Assembly: GCA_963703225.1 (NCBI GenBank)
Contig: OY969801.1
Span: 928,001-992,000 of the forward strand
Direction of reading: 5' to 3'
DNA: 64,000 bases
Source: Candidatus Eiseniibacteriota bacterium
GTDB lineage: Bacteria; Eisenbacteria; RBG-16-71-46; SZUA-252
Positions 61,270 through 64,000 of the stretch are shown piece after piece (within the stretch, counting starts at the first letter, position 1; each line of letters starts with the position of its first letter). The notes below the pieces were generated by a model. It had not been told where the DNA came from, did not search any database, and saw only the letters and a program-made list of their open reading frames with translations. The translations under genes and the position numbers were made by a program.

Positions 61270-63099
61270 ATGGGCAAGCCGATTCTGATCCCCTACAGGC
61301 TCAAGATCCTCGCGACGCTGCTGGTGCTCGTGACCGCGGTGGTGAGCGTCATCGCGTTCACGATGTCGCGCATGTTCCACGAGGACAAGAAAACGTACGT
61401 GGCCGACCTCGCGGCCGTCGTGGCCGTTCACGCCGCCGAGGAGGCTGATCTCGTTCTCACAGCCCATCGTGAGCGTCTCTTGGCGCTGGCACGGGTCATC
61501 GACGACCCCGACATTTCGACCGGCGGAAAGGCGGCCTTGCTGCAGAAGCTCTTCGGCGCGATGAACGGATGCGTCGCCGTCCGCTTCTTTGAGGGGGGTG
61601 TCGAGGTGGGCTCCCTTGTCGACAGCAGCGGAACCGGCGGCAGAATGCTGGCTCGGATGGCGCTGGCCTATCCGCTTGCCGCCCGGGTTCGTGACGTGGC
61701 GGCTGGAAACGGAGGCGAGAAGATCATCAACACGACCCTGCGACCGGACGCGCCGACGTTGACCATGGCCGTCTCTGCCCCGCGCGGCCCCAAGCGACCG
61801 TCCTTTGTCGTCGCCGGCGTACTCGACGTGAATGGCGCGCTCGCCCTGGGCCGCAGCGCCGGGGCGTTCCAGGTGTTCCTTGTTGATCGCTCCGGCCGGG
61901 TGCTCGTCCACAGCGATCGACGAATCATGGCCGAGGCTCCAACCCTCGAGTTCATTCCGGAGCTGGGCCCCGGGACCCGCGTGGTCGCAAAGGAGTTCCG
62001 CGACGGACAGAATGCCATGATCGGGGGCTTCGCCCAGATGGAATTTCATGGATTACGGGCCGGAGCGCAGCTCCCGAGCGCCGCGGCGTACTTGGCTTCG
62101 AAGAGGCTCCTGACGACGCTCGTGACGGTCTCGCTTCTGCTTCTTGCCGGGATCGCCATCGTCAGCATCGCCTGGTCGTCCCACTTGACGCGGTCGCTCG
62201 CTCTCCTCGCGCGGGCCGCGCAGGAAATCGGGCGGGGCCAATTCGATGCCAAGGTCTCCGTACGGACGCGCGACGAGCTGGGTCAGCTGGCCGCGTCGTT
62301 CAATCAGATGGCGACCGAGCTGCGCGCCCGCGAAAAAGCCCTGCGCCACGCGCAGGCCCAGCTCGTGCAATCGGAGAAGATGGCGGCGTTCGGCCAGCTG
62401 GGCGCCGGCATCGCCCATGAGATCAAGAATCCGCTCGCCGGCGTCCTTGGCTTGGTCCAACTCACGTCGCGTTCGATGCCGGACGACGACCCCACGAAGG
62501 CTGCGTTCGTGACGATCGAAAAGGAGACGAAGCGCTGCCGGGCCATCATCGACAACTTGCTGCGGTTCGCCCGTCCGGAGAAGGTGCTCCGTGAGCCTAT
62601 CGCCATCGCTTCCGTCGTGGCGGACACCGTGGCGCTGACGCGGCATTCGATGAGCATGCACGGAATCGAGCTCAAGAGCGAGGTGCCCGAGACGCTGCCA
62701 ACCGTCCATGCCAGCGCGAATCAGATTCAGCAGGTGCTCATGAATCTGATCATGAACGCGGAGCAAGCCCTGGAGGAACGGGGTCGTGGCCTCGTGACGA
62801 TCACCGCATCGAGCACCGACAATTTCGTCGAAGTGCGCATCACCGACGACGGCCCGGGAATCCCCAAGCAGGCGCTGGACCGCATCTTCGAGCCATTCTT
62901 CACGACCAAGCCCGCCGGGAAAGGCACCGGGTTGGGGCTATCGGTCTCGTTCGGGATCGTTCGGGATCATGGGGGGACCATCCAGGTGAAGAGCGAGTCC
63001 GGCCGCGGCGCGGTCTTCGTGGTCCGTCTTCCGATCCGCACACCCTCGGGGGAAGCGTCGAGCGCCGAGGGTGGCGCCGGGATCGCCCCCGCGGCCTGA
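61270..63099 (+). CDS. Membrane sensor histidine kinase (TM-periplasmic/Cache-like-TM-HAMP-HisKA-HATPase)
   Basis: Two TMs; DELGQLAASFNQM; AHEIKNPL; DDGPG; FTTKPAGKGTGLGL. Confidence 0.93.
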   Translation: MGKPILIPYRLKILATLLVLVTAVVSVIAFTMSRMFHEDKKTYVADLAAVVAVHAAEEADLVLTAHRERLLALARVIDDPDISTGGKAALLQKLFGAMNGCVAVRFFEGGVEVGSLVDSSGTGGRMLARMALAYPLAARVRDVAAGNGGEKIINTTLRPDAPTLTMAVSAPRGPKRPSFVVAGVLDVNGALALGRSAGAFQVFLVDRSGRVLVHSDRRIMAEAPTLEFIPELGPGTRVVAKEFRDGQNAMIGGFAQMEFHGLRAGAQLPSAAAYLASKRLLTTLVTVSLLLLAGIAIVSIAWSSHLTRSLALLARAAQEIGRGQFDAKVSVRTRDELGQLAASFNQMATELRAREKALRHAQAQLVQSEKMAAFGQLGAGIAHEIKNPLAGVLGLVQLTSRSMPDDDPTKAAFVTIEKETKRCRAIIDNLLRFARPEKVLREPIAIASVVADTVALTRHSMSMHGIELKSEVPETLPTVHASANQIQQVLMNLIMNAEQALEERGRGLVTITASSTDNFVEVRITDDGPGIPKQALDRIFEPFFTTKPAGKGTGLGLSVSFGIVRDHGGTIQVKSESGRGAVFVVRLPIRTPSGEASSAEGGAGIAPAA

Positions 63100-63183
63100 C
63101 CGACGGGCCGCCGTTTCATGCCATGAGTAGGTTGAGGGAATCCGTATTGTGACGATGGAGCTAGTGAAGGGGGGAGACCCACC

Positions 63184-64000
63184 ATGAATGTTCGCGTCCC
63201 TGCATCGATGCTTCGAACGATCGTCATCCTCGGGCTCGCCCTCCTGGCCCCTGTGGGTTCGATGGCTGGGCCGCACCCCCATCGGGCGGAGCCGCGCCGC
63301 ACTCCGAAGTCCCTCCCGTTCGTCCCAGGCGAGGTCGTGGTCGTCGCGGACGATGGCGTTTTGGGAGCGGCCCCCGGCGGCGCTTTGCTGGCGCACAATG
63401 CCCGCGCGTTGGGCGTCCTCGCGAGTCTCGGCTTGGTAGAGGCACGCGGGGTTGGCCCCCAACCTCTCGTGGGTGCGGAGCGGCGAGAAAGTATTTGGGT
63501 GCTCCGGAGCAACCAGCCCCATTTCGACCCGGTCGCGGCGGCGCTCACTCTTCAAGCGACCGGTTCGTTTCGCGCGGTGTCCCCCAACTACCGATTTGGC
63601 CTCTTCGCGACGCTGCCTGACGACCCATTCCTGATCTACCAGTGGTATGTCGACGACGGTGGGGCCGCCGACATCAGCCTGCCGCTCGCCTGGGACACGG
63701 CGCGCGGGGATACCTCCGTCGTAATCGCGATCATCGACACCGGGGTGGACACCAGCCACCCCGATCTGGCGAGCCGGATCTGGCACAATCTGGACGAAGT
63801 TCCCGGCAACGGGCTGGACGACGACGGCAATGGCCTGATCGACGACTTCGAAGGCTGGGACTTTGGAATGGGGGACAACGACCCGAAGCCCGAATACACG
63901 TCGGACGCCTCGGGTATCGACGTGGGATTTCACGGCACGTTTTGCGCCGGGATCGCGGCGGCGGCGACGGACAATGGAGACGGAATCGCGGGCGCCGGGT
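63184..64000 (+). CDS. Secreted S8 subtilisin-like protease, 3'-truncated (absent from the ORF track)
   Basis: Hand translation from ATG 63184 after GGGGAG: signal peptide, prodomain, PDDP, VIAIIDTGV (catalytic Asp), DDDGNGLIDD, HGTFCAGI (catalytic His). Confidence 0.92.
   Translation, partial: MNVRVPASMLRTIVILGLALLAPVGSMAGPHPHRAEPRRTPKSLPFVPGEVVVVADDGVLGAAPGGALLAHNARALGVLASLGLVEARGVGPQPLVGAERRESIWVLRSNQPHFDPVAAALTLQATGSFRAVSPNYRFGLFATLPDDPFLIYQWYVDDGGAADISLPLAWDTARGDTSVVIAIIDTGVDTSHPDLASRIWHNLDEVPGNGLDDDGNGLIDDFEGWDFGMGDNDPKPEYTSDASGIDVGFHGTFCAGIAAAATDNGDGIAGAG

Overview
High-GC DNA from a diderm bacterium (several outer-membrane barrel genes), probably a long-read or metagenome assembly: many conserved genes carry single-base frameshifts that look like sequencing errors. 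1-31 kb is mostly housekeeping: acyl-CoA oxidation, a propionyl/methylmalonyl-CoA operon, etfBA, yitJ, tRNA-Leu-tig-clpP-clpX-lon, a serine-synthesis-like pair, purA and a divergent membrane pyrophosphatase. 31-41 kb is a complete kdp locus preceded by a porin and two tiny membrane peptides. 41-64 kb is accessory. Strongest leads: (1) a standalone ~165-nt transcription unit before purA, opening with 16 nt complementary to the 16S rRNA 3' end and carrying a second Shine-Dalgarno copy; (2) a 99-aa secreted precursor with an 8-Cys core, followed by a perfect stem-loop and an exported thioredoxin-like protein; (3) a ~3,700-aa surface protein (beta-helix, 12 x 113-aa repeats, OmpA-like domain, large C-terminal barrel) in an apparent operon with two histidine kinases, a FecR-like protein and a subtilase. 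All family calls come from motif recognition by eye; no searches were run.
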